Under the pieces are notes generated by a model, which was not told where the DNA came from, did not search any database, and saw nothing but the letters and a program-made list of their open reading frames with translations. The translations under genes and the position numbers were made by a program. From a virus (taxonomy: Duplodnaviria; Heunggongvirae; Uroviricota; Caudoviricetes), in IMG/VR virus record IMGVR_UViG_3300027792_000307, positions 866 through 64,865 of that record: a stretch of DNA of 64,000 nt; one strand, 5' to 3'. Below, piece by piece: positions 45,995 through 56,226 of the stretch (the stretch's first letter is position 1; every line of letters begins with the position of its first letter).

Positions 45995-48513
45995 TAGAAC
46001 CTATACCAGATTTATTGAAAATGGATTTCGATGGAGATTCTTTAGTATATGTAAATGATAATGAATTCTACTATGGAGACCAAGTTGATAAGAAACTATT
46101 GGAAGACCTAAAGAACAAAGATATACAGGTTTATGGCGGGTATTATGAATTCTATAAGTATAAGAAATCCCCACTAATCTTTTTACTTTGTAGGGGTAAG
46201 TTATCTGGTAAGATTAAAGTTAAGATAGAGAATTTCCTGCCGTATTGTTATATATCTAAAAATGACGGGGAATATAAAACCTACCTTGGAGAACCCTGTG
46301 AGAAGATTTCATTCCAATCATCGCATCCATCGAGGGTTGCCTTCTTTAGGGATTTAAGGAAGAGGAAAGGTTACCCACTGCCACACGAGGCAGATATCCT
46401 TTTCGTGAGGCGATTCCTTTGTGATGTCTACGATATGTTCAAATCAACAGAACCAATCAAACCAAGGGTAGTTATAGTGGATATAGAGACAAATCACCCA
46501 GTTTCAGAGGATATTATATCTTATTGTATAAATGATATGGAAAATGACTTGGTATATGATTCCAAGTTCAATAGTAACTGCCTGGTAATGGCATTGGATT
46601 TATACCAGAAACTGCAAGAATATGACTGGATGACTGGTTGGAACATAAAGTTTGATAAAGACATATTGAATAAAGAATTGCTTCAAATTAAGGACGTTAC
46701 TGATTACATACTCAAGAACATAGGGATGTTTACTAAAGAAGAAATAATTGCCACCTACTCGATAAACACATTCTATAAGGATAAAATAGCCGAATTACTG
46801 GAATCGCTCTCAAACTATGGATATATAGTAGAATTGGAAGAAAAAAAGCTATATATAGGTGCTCCATTCGATCCTGCCATAGAACATTCCATTTCAGATA
46901 TAGATTTACTTACGGTGTCAAAGAAAATGTATGGACAGGAGATTCGTGGAAACTGGACATTAGGTAATGTCGGTCATAGAATCTGCGGCATAGATAAAGC
47001 CTATATAGGTGGAAAACACATTAGAGACCTTTCCGAGGAGGAACTATTCATATATAATACGCTGGATACAATAATCCCAGAGATTGTGGATAACTTCCTT
47101 GGGGGTTTAGAAGCTCATTTGATGCTAGCATGGTCTTTACATTGTATCATAGAAGAAACACAGATAACTGCGGTAGTGAATGATATTGCATTGATTAGAG
47201 CCTATCACAAAGCTGGACTCGTTCTTCCTTCCAGAGATTATGGAAAAGAGAAGGACGATGATGAACCTAAATATAAGGCAGCAGAACCAGATGCCAAGCC
47301 AGGAGTTTACAAAGGAATTATTGCAACGGATTTATCTCACGCCTATCCATTTGCGGTTATATCTAAAAATATATCCCCTGAAACAAAGGATTTAAATGGG
47401 GATAATATAGTGAAATACAAAGATCGAGAAGGAAACGAGAAAGAGATACATTTCAATAATAACAATAGTGTATTTATAGAAACACTTAAAGATATTATGA
47501 CGGAGAGAGCCAAAGCAAAGAAGATGATGGAATCGCTGGAAAAAGGAACACAGGAATGGCGTAAATATAAGTATATTGACTTTGCCTTGAAGACTCAAGC
47601 GGCAGCATTTTCTCACGGTATCTTTGGATGGACAAATTCAAGGATGGTAGATTATGAAGTTGCGGATGCAATTACTGGTATTGTAAGAAATTTATTAGAT
47701 GAAATTAAGAAATCCTGTGAAGCTATAGGTAGGGAATGGATTTACGTACATACTGATAGTTGCTATGTAAATTCACTAAAAGAGGAAAAAGATAAACTTC
47801 TAACATATTTGAATGAACAAATTAGCAAGTATTGTGAAGGTTATTTGGTTCAACCGAATCTCGACTTTAAGAATTTCTATCCAATCGGTTATATTCATTC
47901 CAAGGCAAGAAATGTTCTTGTTCCAGAGGATGGAGATATCTATAATTCTGAGACTTGGGATATTACAGGAATGGATTTCCTCCGCAGTGAAACCCCAGAA
48001 CCTATTGGAGATATAGAAATAAAACTAATATCTATGGTGTTCGAAGGACATACACGGGAAGAACTTATCAATAGCTTACGAGAAATGGTTCAAAATCTTG
48101 TATCTATTGATTCTACGTTGCTTGGGACAATGAAACCCCTACATAAACCTATAACAGCATATGGTAAAATGAAGAAAGATGGAACCTGGGGCGGTGTGCC
48201 ATTTCACATAAAAGCGTTACAGAAAGCAAACGTGGAATACGGGTTTCAAGTTAATCTAAATGAAAAGTTTATGGTGATACCTATTATATCGGATGAAACA
48301 GAAGGAAAGAGAGTTATTAAGAGAAAGAGGGCATTTATTGCGTATAGCCCAGAAACTGGTTTGCCCAGTTCATATAGAATTGATTTTGAGAACTATTTAA
48401 GAAGTAATCTATGGGGAAAAATCGATTCTCTGTTTAATTGTAAACCAAAGGAGTTGGAAAAAGAAATTATGAATGATGATGTGAAGATGTGTTTATTTTC
48501 AGAGTTGATTTAG
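45991..48513 (+). CDS. family B DNA polymerase (divergent)
   Basis: Exo I VVIVDIET; motif A ATDLSHAYPF; motif C YVHTDSCYV (DTD). Motif B not recognisable in canonical K..NS.YG form. Confidence 0.8.
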   Translation: MIEPIPDLLKMDFDGDSLVYVNDNEFYYGDQVDKKLLEDLKNKDIQVYGGYYEFYKYKKSPLIFLLCRGKLSGKIKVKIENFLPYCYISKNDGEYKTYLGEPCEKISFQSSHPSRVAFFRDLRKRKGYPLPHEADILFVRRFLCDVYDMFKSTEPIKPRVVIVDIETNHPVSEDIISYCINDMENDLVYDSKFNSNCLVMALDLYQKLQEYDWMTGWNIKFDKDILNKELLQIKDVTDYILKNIGMFTKEEIIATYSINTFYKDKIAELLESLSNYGYIVELEEKKLYIGAPFDPAIEHSISDIDLLTVSKKMYGQEIRGNWTLGNVGHRICGIDKAYIGGKHIRDLSEEELFIYNTLDTIIPEIVDNFLGGLEAHLMLAWSLHCIIEETQITAVVNDIALIRAYHKAGLVLPSRDYGKEKDDDEPKYKAAEPDAKPGVYKGIIATDLSHAYPFAVISKNISPETKDLNGDNIVKYKDREGNEKEIHFNNNNSVFIETLKDIMTERAKAKKMMESLEKGTQEWRKYKYIDFALKTQAAAFSHGIFGWTNSRMVDYEVADAITGIVRNLLDEIKKSCEAIGREWIYVHTDSCYVNSLKEEKDKLLTYLNEQISKYCEGYLVQPNLDFKNFYPIGYIHSKARNVLVPEDGDIYNSETWDITGMDFLRSETPEPIGDIEIKLISMVFEGHTREELINSLREMVQNLVSIDSTLLGTMKPLHKPITAYGKMKKDGTWGGVPFHIKALQKANVEYGFQVNLNEKFMVIPIISDETEGKRVIKRKRAFIAYSPETGLPSSYRIDFENYLRSNLWGKIDSLFNCKPKELEKEIMNDDVKMCLFSELI

Positions 48514-48526
48514 GTAGGAGATTTAT

Positions 48527-49057
48527 ATGAATAATCTTAAAGATAGTTCAGAACAGATTAGCACATCGAAAGTATTAACAATCGATGAAGCTATACAAAG
48601 AAAAGGGGTGGTAGGACCAGCAGCAGAAGAATTTAAAAATTTAGTCGTTGGTAAGCAAGATGATTTGTTCAAGGATATAATGTGTATCGTATTCGGCTGG
48701 AAATTGCAACCCGATGGAAGTAAGAAGTTGGTGGCTAAACTGCCGAATGGCAAGATTATATTCCCAGACAGGTCTGAACAAGGTGCCGTGGAACCAGGAG
48801 TTCCATATATTTGTCTTGTTTATGAACGAGAACGAGAGGCATTTGCCAAGGTTTGTAGCGAAGAATACCAACCAAAAATATATGTTCAATCCAATCGGAT
48901 AGTAACAATGGTTTGGAGAGAACCATCCGGAAAAGTTACTAATAAAGTTGCTATAGGTAACTCCTTCGAAGAGAGGATTGCCGTCGCAATTAAAGAAATG
49001 GAAGAATTAAAATTGCCTTCGGTGAAGGTAGTTTATAGGTCGAACCAAAGTGGATAG
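48527..49057 (+). CDS. hypothetical protein
   Basis: 176-aa ORF. Confidence 0.55.
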   Translation: MNNLKDSSEQISTSKVLTIDEAIQRKGVVGPAAEEFKNLVVGKQDDLFKDIMCIVFGWKLQPDGSKKLVAKLPNGKIIFPDRSEQGAVEPGVPYICLVYEREREAFAKVCSEEYQPKIYVQSNRIVTMVWREPSGKVTNKVAIGNSFEERIAVAIKEMEELKLPSVKVVYRSNQSG

Positions 49058-49067
49058 GAGAAAAAAT

Positions 49068-49250
49068 ATGTCGAACAATTGTAGTATTTGTGGAATAAGA
49101 ACAATCTTTTATGTATGGAGCACAACAAGAAACTTTCCCTTGGATACATATTTTGGAAAGATGAAAATAACAAATAAAAGAGAAATGAAACAATTGAGAT
49201 ATAATGGAAGGCCAGTCTGCTTTCACTGTTTAAATGAGTTAAAGAAATAG
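49068..49250 (+). CDS. Cys-rich small protein (CSICGIRTIFYVW; paralog of 25772..26011)
   Basis: Shared N-terminal motif with the 25772 gene. Confidence 0.5.
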   Translation: MSNNCSICGIRTIFYVWSTTRNFPLDTYFGKMKITNKREMKQLRYNGRPVCFHCLNELKK

Positions 49251-49260
49251 GAGTTTTTAA

Positions 49261-50214
49261 ATGAAAATCGGAGTACAATGTGCAAGTATGGGCGACAGAT
49301 GCGGGATCTGGACCTATACAGATAGATTAGTTACCTATCTAAATAAAATAGATGGTATAAAGGCAGTGCCATTTGTGGATAAAATTAGAGAAAAGGTGGA
49401 TTTAATAAGTTTACAATACGAGCCGGGTTTAATGCAACCAGATAAATTACAGTGGTTCCTTCAGAAATATTCTCAACCCATAGTAATAACTGCTCATCAC
49501 ACAGGTTATCTTCCACAATTTTATCCAATGGTTGATGGTTTTATATTCCATTCAAAGAATCAAATAGTTGGGGACCCGTGGAATTATAAAGTTATTTTAC
49601 ACCCTGCATTAGTATATCCAGAAAAAGGAAAAGAAGCGATGCGTAAGAAATACGGCATTCCTTTAGATAAAAAAGTCCTTGGAACAGCTGGATTTATAGC
49701 AGGAACTGGCAAAGAATTACCAGTATTAATTAGGCCCATATTAGAGAAATTAAAAGACGATGAATTCGTTTACTTTATTACCTCTTTCTGGAAGGGTGGA
49801 GATTTCTCGGCATTAAGTCTTCTTAAAGACGCAGTTAAAGAATATGGTAGAGAGAAACAATTTAAAATAGATATAGACTTCGTAAAAGATGAAACAATGA
49901 ATGAGAAAATCCAATGCTGCGATTTATTATTCTCTTGGAATAACTCAAATGGACCCGGTGGAACATCTGGAATTGCTATGGATATTATAGGTGCACGTAG
50001 AAAACTTATAGTTAAATCAGTTCCTCATTATGAGGAAGCAGCAAAGATTCCAGGAGTTGAAAAGGGTAGAAATCCACCAAAAGAATTCGTGGAAGATGTA
50101 TTCAAGGTATTTCGTGAGGGAGATTTAAATAATGTTCCTGATCCAACTCCATATTCTTGGGAAACTTTAACTCCTCAATATGTGTCTTATTTTAAAGAGA
50201 TCATTGGAGAGTAA
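49261..50214 (+). CDS. putative glycosyltransferase (GT-B fold, weak)
   Basis: C-terminal half resembles GT-B nucleotide-sugar binding domain (GTAGFIAGTGKE..(n)..GGTSGIAMDIIGARRKLIV). Assignment tentative. Confidence 0.45.
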   Translation: MKIGVQCASMGDRCGIWTYTDRLVTYLNKIDGIKAVPFVDKIREKVDLISLQYEPGLMQPDKLQWFLQKYSQPIVITAHHTGYLPQFYPMVDGFIFHSKNQIVGDPWNYKVILHPALVYPEKGKEAMRKKYGIPLDKKVLGTAGFIAGTGKELPVLIRPILEKLKDDEFVYFITSFWKGGDFSALSLLKDAVKEYGREKQFKIDIDFVKDETMNEKIQCCDLLFSWNNSNGPGGTSGIAMDIIGARRKLIVKSVPHYEEAAKIPGVEKGRNPPKEFVEDVFKVFREGDLNNVPDPTPYSWETLTPQYVSYFKEIIGE

Positions 50215-50335
50215 TATGTATATATTTAAATGTTTTGAAATGGGATGCAGGAGTTTATATCATAATAAATAATAAATTATTCATAAAAACTTAGCTTCTT
50301 ACAAAATTTAAACTGTAATAACGAGGAAAATTATT

Positions 50336-50872
50336 ATGATATGGATCTCAGCATTAAGTGATGTTGATTTTTGTGAATATAAATTTTATCATAAATATGT
50401 ATTGAAAACCCCAGAAACTGAGACAAACTCAATGAAAAGTGGAACTATTAATCATTATAATCTAAGTAAGAATCCGAATGGAGATAACGAAGTTTGGATT
50501 AAATATAAGGATGTGCGTGGAAAAATAGACCATATAGGTTATAGTGGAAATACATTAAGAGTTGTTGAATATAAGAGTAATAAAAATGGAGAAGTGTATG
50601 AAAGCCAAAAAATACAAGTAGCAGCCTATTGTTATTTATTGAAAAAGGAACTTCCTCTTCTATTTGAAAAATACGAAAAAGTTCAATGCGTAATTAGAAG
50701 GATTGGGGATTTAAAAGTTCTTTATGAAAGTGATTATACTCCTCTAAAAGAGATAGATATAGAAAAAAAGTTAGAAAAAGTCAATTATATATTAACTGGA
50801 GCCGAAATACCAGAAAAGGCTACAAACAAAAATAAATGTGCGAAATGCGGGTATAAGGATGTGTGTTGGTAA
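50336..50872 (+). CDS. Cas4/RecB-like PD-(D/E)xK nuclease with Cys cluster
   Basis: N-terminal Cys (DFCEYKF), core D..VVEYKS..QKIQVAAY, C-terminal CAKCGYKDVC (Cx2Cx5C) typical of Cas4 Fe-S nucleases. Confidence 0.6.
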   Translation: MIWISALSDVDFCEYKFYHKYVLKTPETETNSMKSGTINHYNLSKNPNGDNEVWIKYKDVRGKIDHIGYSGNTLRVVEYKSNKNGEVYESQKIQVAAYCYLLKKELPLLFEKYEKVQCVIRRIGDLKVLYESDYTPLKEIDIEKKLEKVNYILTGAEIPEKATNKNKCAKCGYKDVCW

Positions 50873-50873
50873 T

Positions 50874-52013
50874 ATGCCTAAAAAATTAACAATTGAAGAA
50901 ATGCAGAGAATTGCTGAATCTAGAGGTGGAAAATGTCTTTCTGAAAAATATATTAATAATAGGACTAAATTAAAGTGGCAGTGTGAGAAAGGCCACATTT
51001 GGGAAGCAGCTCCTAGAAGAAGTTGGTGTCCTTATTGTAGTGAGAATAAAAATGAGGATTTTAATATGGAATTTGATGATATGTCTAAACAAATAATTGA
51101 AGGATGTTTATTAGGTGATGGATGTATTGACGGTTATATTAAAAGAAAAAACCGTACATTTAGAATTTGTTGTATTAAAAAAGAATATATAGAATATCTA
51201 AAAACTAATTTTGAAAAAAATGGAATCAAAGTAGGTAAATTAATCACATATAAAATAAAAGATAGAGATTTTGGCGATTATATATCAAAATGTAAAGATC
51301 AATATAGTATAAGTTTATATGTCTATAAAGAAATAAATAAATTCAGGGATATGTGGTATAAAAATAAAAAGAAAATTATTCCCTCGGATTTAAAATTAAC
51401 ATCAATTAATTTATTACATTGGTTTATTGGTGATGGTAGTTTTACATTTAGAAAAAATAAAAAAGGATGTTGGGCTCACATACAACTATCAACAAATTGT
51501 TTTTCTTTATCGGATATAAATAATTTATTAAATAAATTAAAAGTAGATTTAAATCTTAATTTTAATAAATATGAAGTTAATCCAGGACAATACAAATTAT
51601 CTATTAGTAATTACAAAGAAATATGTAAATTTTTTGATATTATAAAAGATTGCCCAAAAGAATTTGTAAATGATTATGGATATAAATGGCCTACAGAAGA
51701 TATATTTAATTATTTAAGAGAGGCACAACTTCCCAAAAAACAACTTATATTTTATATATGCGATATTTGTAAAGAGATGATATCTGTAAGAAGTGAAACA
51801 GATTTAAAGCGTCATGAGAAAGGAATTTGTCAGAAATGTAACTGTAATATTATGAGAGAAAAAACTATAGATAAACAAAAAGAAAAAAATATAGAAAGAG
51901 ATTCTTTATATTATAGTCTGTATGAATTTGGATATAGTAATAAAGAAATAAAAAATATATTAGATATTAAAAATGATTCTTATGAAGGTTGGAAATATTA
52001 TAGAGGATTATAA
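50874..52013 (+). CDS. LAGLIDADG homing endonuclease with N-terminal zinc-ribbon-like domain
   Basis: LLGDGCIDGY and HWFIGDGSF (two LAGLIDADG motifs); N-terminal C..(n)..CPYC. Confidence 0.65.
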   Translation: MPKKLTIEEMQRIAESRGGKCLSEKYINNRTKLKWQCEKGHIWEAAPRRSWCPYCSENKNEDFNMEFDDMSKQIIEGCLLGDGCIDGYIKRKNRTFRICCIKKEYIEYLKTNFEKNGIKVGKLITYKIKDRDFGDYISKCKDQYSISLYVYKEINKFRDMWYKNKKKIIPSDLKLTSINLLHWFIGDGSFTFRKNKKGCWAHIQLSTNCFSLSDINNLLNKLKVDLNLNFNKYEVNPGQYKLSISNYKEICKFFDIIKDCPKEFVNDYGYKWPTEDIFNYLREAQLPKKQLIFYICDICKEMISVRSETDLKRHEKGICQKCNCNIMREKTIDKQKEKNIERDSLYYSLYEFGYSNKEIKNILDIKNDSYEGWKYYRGL

Positions 52014-52014
52014 T

Positions 52015-52587
52015 ATGAAGTGGAGAAATAGATATTTCTTTGAATGCGAACAATGTGGGAAAATAGTCCAAGAAAGATTGGATAATATAAGAGAAAGAAA
52101 ATATCTACATTGTAGAGATTGTAAATATAAAAAATTACACAAAGATTATATTAATGGAGACTTTAAAATCTGGAATAAAGGAAACCATAAGTGTCTAAAT
52201 TCTGGCAGAACACACTTTAAAAGAGGACAACATATATCTCAAAAAACAGAATTTAAACGAGGAAAACTACATTTACAATGGAAACAAAATAGGAATGAAT
52301 TAAGAACTCCATTAAGAGAATTAATAAGAGGATGTGCTAATTATATAGAATGGAGAGAAAAAATATATAAAAGAGATAAATATACTTGCCAAATTTGTCA
52401 TGAAATGGGAGGCAAATTAGTTTCTCATCATATTAATACATTTGATAAAATATTGAGAAAGTATAATATTAAAGATTTAGAAGATGCATTAATATGTAAA
52501 GATTTATGGGATATTAATAATGGAATTACTTTATGTAATTATTGTCATAAGTATGTTCATAATGCAAATGTATTAAATCAAAATTAA
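52015..52587 (+). CDS. HNH homing-type endonuclease
   Basis: CQICHEMGGKLVSHHINTFD..(n)..NGITLCNYCHKYVHN. Confidence 0.65.
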   Translation: MKWRNRYFFECEQCGKIVQERLDNIRERKYLHCRDCKYKKLHKDYINGDFKIWNKGNHKCLNSGRTHFKRGQHISQKTEFKRGKLHLQWKQNRNELRTPLRELIRGCANYIEWREKIYKRDKYTCQICHEMGGKLVSHHINTFDKILRKYNIKDLEDALICKDLWDINNGITLCNYCHKYVHNANVLNQN

Positions 52588-52594
52588 GGATAAA

Positions 52595-53890
52595 ATGGTA
52601 AAAGAGAAAATATTAATTTGTGGAGATAGTCTTCAAGGACCTACAGGATTTGCCAATGATTTGGCCGGTATTGCGTGGTCTTTAGCAGAGAAATTTGATG
52701 TTCATTGTCTTGGTCTTCAATCATTCCAAGATGAAAAAGTAAAAGTTAATATGCACGGAATAGACCGAGTTATTCATCAACACGCAAATCAACCTAGAGG
52801 TCGTGACCGCTGGGACTTTGGTCAAAGAAGTCTACCACGGATATTGGATAATTTGGAACCAGAAATTCTTCTGACAGTGAATGATATCCAAATGGTTCAA
52901 CATATTCCCGGTATTATGTGTCCAAATACAATTAACTTAAATGCGGTAGATTTACCCTCAAAGGAGTATGTATCAGAAGAGGCATTAATTAATCAACTTA
53001 AGGGACAAATGCAGAAGTTTAAAGAAAAATTCCCAAGAACAACAAAGTGGATTCAATATGCCCCACAAGATGGAGATCCTCCAATGCCGCAGTGGGAACA
53101 TATTTATAGAATGGCTGATAACGTGGTAGCTATGAGTAAATATGGCCAGTGGGTATTTAAGCAGTGGTTTGGGATGAATGTTCCTTGGATTTATCACGGT
53201 GTAGATACAAATATATTTAAAGACCTTAATAACAAACCAAAAGAATTGGAAGACAAATTTATAGTTGGTAATCTTAATAGGAACCAACCACGAAAACAAC
53301 CAATTCGGACTATGATGGCATTTGCAAAATTTGCAAAGGATAAAAAGGATGTAGCATTACATATGCAGATGGATTGGAACGATGAATTCGGGTGGCCTAT
53401 AGAATACTTTGTGCAACAATATGGACTAGGTAATAAAATGATTCAACCAGCCCCTGTAGGAATTGGAAGAAAACAAGTAGCTAATATCTATAATATGTGG
53501 GATTTAAATCTAAATGCAACAGGTGGAGAAGGATTTGGTCTTACACATATAGAAGGATTTGCTTGCGGGGTTCCATCTTTAGGTTGTGACTATACAACAA
53601 GTAGAGAACTTATTATGGAAGGAGAACCTTCTCCAAGAGGATCCTTATTAAAAGTATTGGATTTACACTGGCAGATGATGGATGTAGCAGCAGTTCGTAG
53701 ATCTTTAGTGGATATTGATGATATGGCAAATGTAATGAATAAATACTATTATAATAGACAATTGGTACAAGAGCATGGTAAGAACGCCCAAGAATGGACT
53801 AAACAGAACGTTGCATGGGAAGTTGTAGGTAAACAGTGGATTAAATTTGTTGAAGATGTATTATCAGGTGATGATAAAGATGCAAAGTAG
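52595..53890 (+). CDS. GT4-family glycosyltransferase
   Basis: GGEGFGLTHIEGFACGVPS (E-x7-E motif of retaining GT-B GT4 enzymes). Confidence 0.7.
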   Translation: MVKEKILICGDSLQGPTGFANDLAGIAWSLAEKFDVHCLGLQSFQDEKVKVNMHGIDRVIHQHANQPRGRDRWDFGQRSLPRILDNLEPEILLTVNDIQMVQHIPGIMCPNTINLNAVDLPSKEYVSEEALINQLKGQMQKFKEKFPRTTKWIQYAPQDGDPPMPQWEHIYRMADNVVAMSKYGQWVFKQWFGMNVPWIYHGVDTNIFKDLNNKPKELEDKFIVGNLNRNQPRKQPIRTMMAFAKFAKDKKDVALHMQMDWNDEFGWPIEYFVQQYGLGNKMIQPAPVGIGRKQVANIYNMWDLNLNATGGEGFGLTHIEGFACGVPSLGCDYTTSRELIMEGEPSPRGSLLKVLDLHWQMMDVAAVRRSLVDIDDMANVMNKYYYNRQLVQEHGKNAQEWTKQNVAWEVVGKQWIKFVEDVLSGDDKDAK

Positions 53891-54044
53891 ATTTGCAGAA
53901 ATAACTTGCCCGGTTTGTTGCATAGACTTTAAGATAAAGTTGGAATCAGATGAGTATGTTCCTGACATGGCATACTTATTTTGTCCAATATGTGGTGGAA
54001 TAGATTGCAAAGCAAGATGGATAGATCATGACAATGGTAAGTGA
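53880..54044 (+). CDS. small zinc-ribbon protein
   Basis: CPVCC..(n)..CPICGG..C. Confidence 0.4.
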   Translation: MQSRFAEITCPVCCIDFKIKLESDEYVPDMAYLFCPICGGIDCKARWIDHDNGK

Positions 54045-54255
54045 TATATTAGAAAATGCGATTGCATTTATTTTCATTATATTAATGTTTATATTTTTTT
54101 TCGTGATGCTATAGAGATGATAAGATGGAATTAAGTAAGTGTTGCAGAGCGAAATTAATTAAAACAGGATATACAGATTGCAATTATTGTAGCAAATGTG
54201 GATTGATGTATTTTAAGATAAAAAAGAGATTAAAACCAGAAGAAGAAATTGATGA

Positions 54256-54723
54256 ATGGGAATAGACGTGGTATGTATGAATTTAATAAAAGCATTTGAT
54301 AGAAGCCAGGTATCAGGACTAGAACCAAGACCGAACAGTGTATTGATAATAATAACATCTCCAAACTCTGAATTTCCAGAATTGAGTAAAAAATGGATGG
54401 AAGTTCTACAAATTAAATTCGATGACGTGGAGAACGGATTTGGTCTAAAGGATAAAAAATACACCGCTATGACAGAATACGATGCAGAAACAATTCTGGA
54501 CTTTGTAATAAGAAATATAGACAAAGATATATTCATAAGTTGCGATGCCGGAATGAGTAGAAGTCCCGGAGTTCTTGTTGCTTTAGAACAGATATTCAAT
54601 AGTAAAGATGTAACCGATGACTATCCTTACCACAATAGATATGTTAAGAATAAGATTCGGGATGTTTGGTTTAGAAGGGTTTGGAGAAAAACTTACTCTG
54701 AACCTAAAGTATTTAATATATAG
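54256..54723 (+). CDS. CX5R protein-tyrosine/dual-specificity phosphatase-like protein
   Basis: ISCDAGMSRSPGV = (H)CxAGxSRS P-loop signature. Start uncertain (54256 or 54277). Confidence 0.6.
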   Translation: MGIDVVCMNLIKAFDRSQVSGLEPRPNSVLIIITSPNSEFPELSKKWMEVLQIKFDDVENGFGLKDKKYTAMTEYDAETILDFVIRNIDKDIFISCDAGMSRSPGVLVALEQIFNSKDVTDDYPYHNRYVKNKIRDVWFRRVWRKTYSEPKVFNI

Positions 54724-54731
54724 GAGAAACT

Positions 54732-55079
54732 ATGTGGTTTAAAAAGAAATACACTGTAAAAGCGTATAAATACATAGATAAATTTTATGTAAAGATATAC
54801 CATAAAAATGCCCAATACGGATATATGTCTGTTTATATAAATGGAATTACATTAGAAACATTACAAAAATGGTATTTGAGCGAAGTGGAATCAAATATAG
54901 AAATACAAGATTTATCTATAGATAAACTAATTTTATCAAAGAGCGGTTTATATGCATTATCTTCAGAACAGCAGAAGGAATGGTATAAATCGGATGAATA
55001 TGATACAGAAGAACAAGCTGAACAAGCTTCCAAAACTTTAGGAAGCGAATGGCATGATGTTAAAGTTAGGAGAAATTAA
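54732..55079 (+). CDS. hypothetical protein
   Basis: aggagaaactATG SD. Confidence 0.5.
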   Translation: MWFKKKYTVKAYKYIDKFYVKIYHKNAQYGYMSVYINGITLETLQKWYLSEVESNIEIQDLSIDKLILSKSGLYALSSEQQKEWYKSDEYDTEEQAEQASKTLGSEWHDVKVRRN

Positions 55080-55248
55080 TTATGATAATAAATCAAAATA
55101 CGTTGGCAAAAACCATAACATTAGCAGAAGGTAAAAAGAATATTTTAAAAATTGGAGATGTAAAAGAAGTTATCAAGTTAACTTTGATTGAACTTGCGAA
55201 GTTTGAGGATGAGGAAGTTCTAAAGTTAATTAAGAAATATAAATAAAA

Positions 55249-56142
55249 ATGTTGCTAATTTGTTGGGACTCGCTACGTTTGGACGCGGTAGAACCTCTCA
55301 AAGGAATTTTGGGTGAAGAGAGTTGGACAAGCATTCCTTCCATAGATGGATTTACTGGGCCAATCTTGCCTGCTATAGTAACAGGTAAATCCCCAGAGGA
55401 ATTAGGAATTCAGCGAGATGACTCCGCATTTTATTCAGGAATTGACCCAAGTAAAATAAATGATACTATATTTGATCATTTCGATAGTTATATTACTATA
55501 TCTAGGCTAATTGGACCAGAAACCCAATGTTGCCCACTTCCACCTAGCAGAAGGCAGCAAAATGTATTTATGCCTCCTATAAAATGGAACGCTGTCTCGA
55601 ATTGGGATGTTGACATATGGCGTTATGTGGCAAGAAAATGGTCTCTAGCGACAAATGATTGGTGGGATATGATATTCGCTTGGTCATTTATAACCCACGG
55701 TAACTTTTCTATTTACGATTCGATGGGAGCAGTGGAATCACCAGAGATTAAAGATGGTTCTATGGTAATGCGTAGATTAGCAGAGAATGACCCACAAAAA
55801 CTACGAGATTTATATATGAAGGGAGTATATTATGCAGCAGAAACACTCAGAGGTCTTAATGAAATTTGTGGAGGTCGTGAACTCATCATTTGTTTTGCGG
55901 ACCATAATGAAGCTCTGGGAGAGGAAGTTAATGGCCAAAAATATACGGGTCACTTTCACGGAATGGAAACAATCCCAGGATTAGAGAAAGTTCCGGTTTG
56001 GATTAATAGACCCAACGTAGAATTTCCAAAGGATTTTTCACAATTAAAACTAAAAGATTGGATAGTAGAAATGTATGATAAATACGAAAGAAATAATCCA
56101 GAGGTAATGGAATGGAAGATGAAGAAATTGTATCATTCTTAA
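55249..56142 (+). CDS. alkaline-phosphatase-superfamily enzyme (NPP/phosphodiesterase-like N-terminus)
   Basis: MLLICWDSLRLDAV resembles metal-binding N-terminal motif (hhhhxxDGxRxD) of nucleotide pyrophosphatase/phosphodiesterase-type AP-superfamily enzymes; later HN..G/H-rich patches. Confidence 0.45.
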   Translation: MLLICWDSLRLDAVEPLKGILGEESWTSIPSIDGFTGPILPAIVTGKSPEELGIQRDDSAFYSGIDPSKINDTIFDHFDSYITISRLIGPETQCCPLPPSRRQQNVFMPPIKWNAVSNWDVDIWRYVARKWSLATNDWWDMIFAWSFITHGNFSIYDSMGAVESPEIKDGSMVMRRLAENDPQKLRDLYMKGVYYAAETLRGLNEICGGRELIICFADHNEALGEEVNGQKYTGHFHGMETIPGLEKVPVWINRPNVEFPKDFSQLKLKDWIVEMYDKYERNNPEVMEWKMKKLYHS

Positions 56143-56226
56143 ATGGTTTACAATATCATTTAGATAGGATTCAAGAAGATATTAATCGCTTGAAAGATGT
56201 TTTGATGTCAAAAAAGGAGAAAAAGA

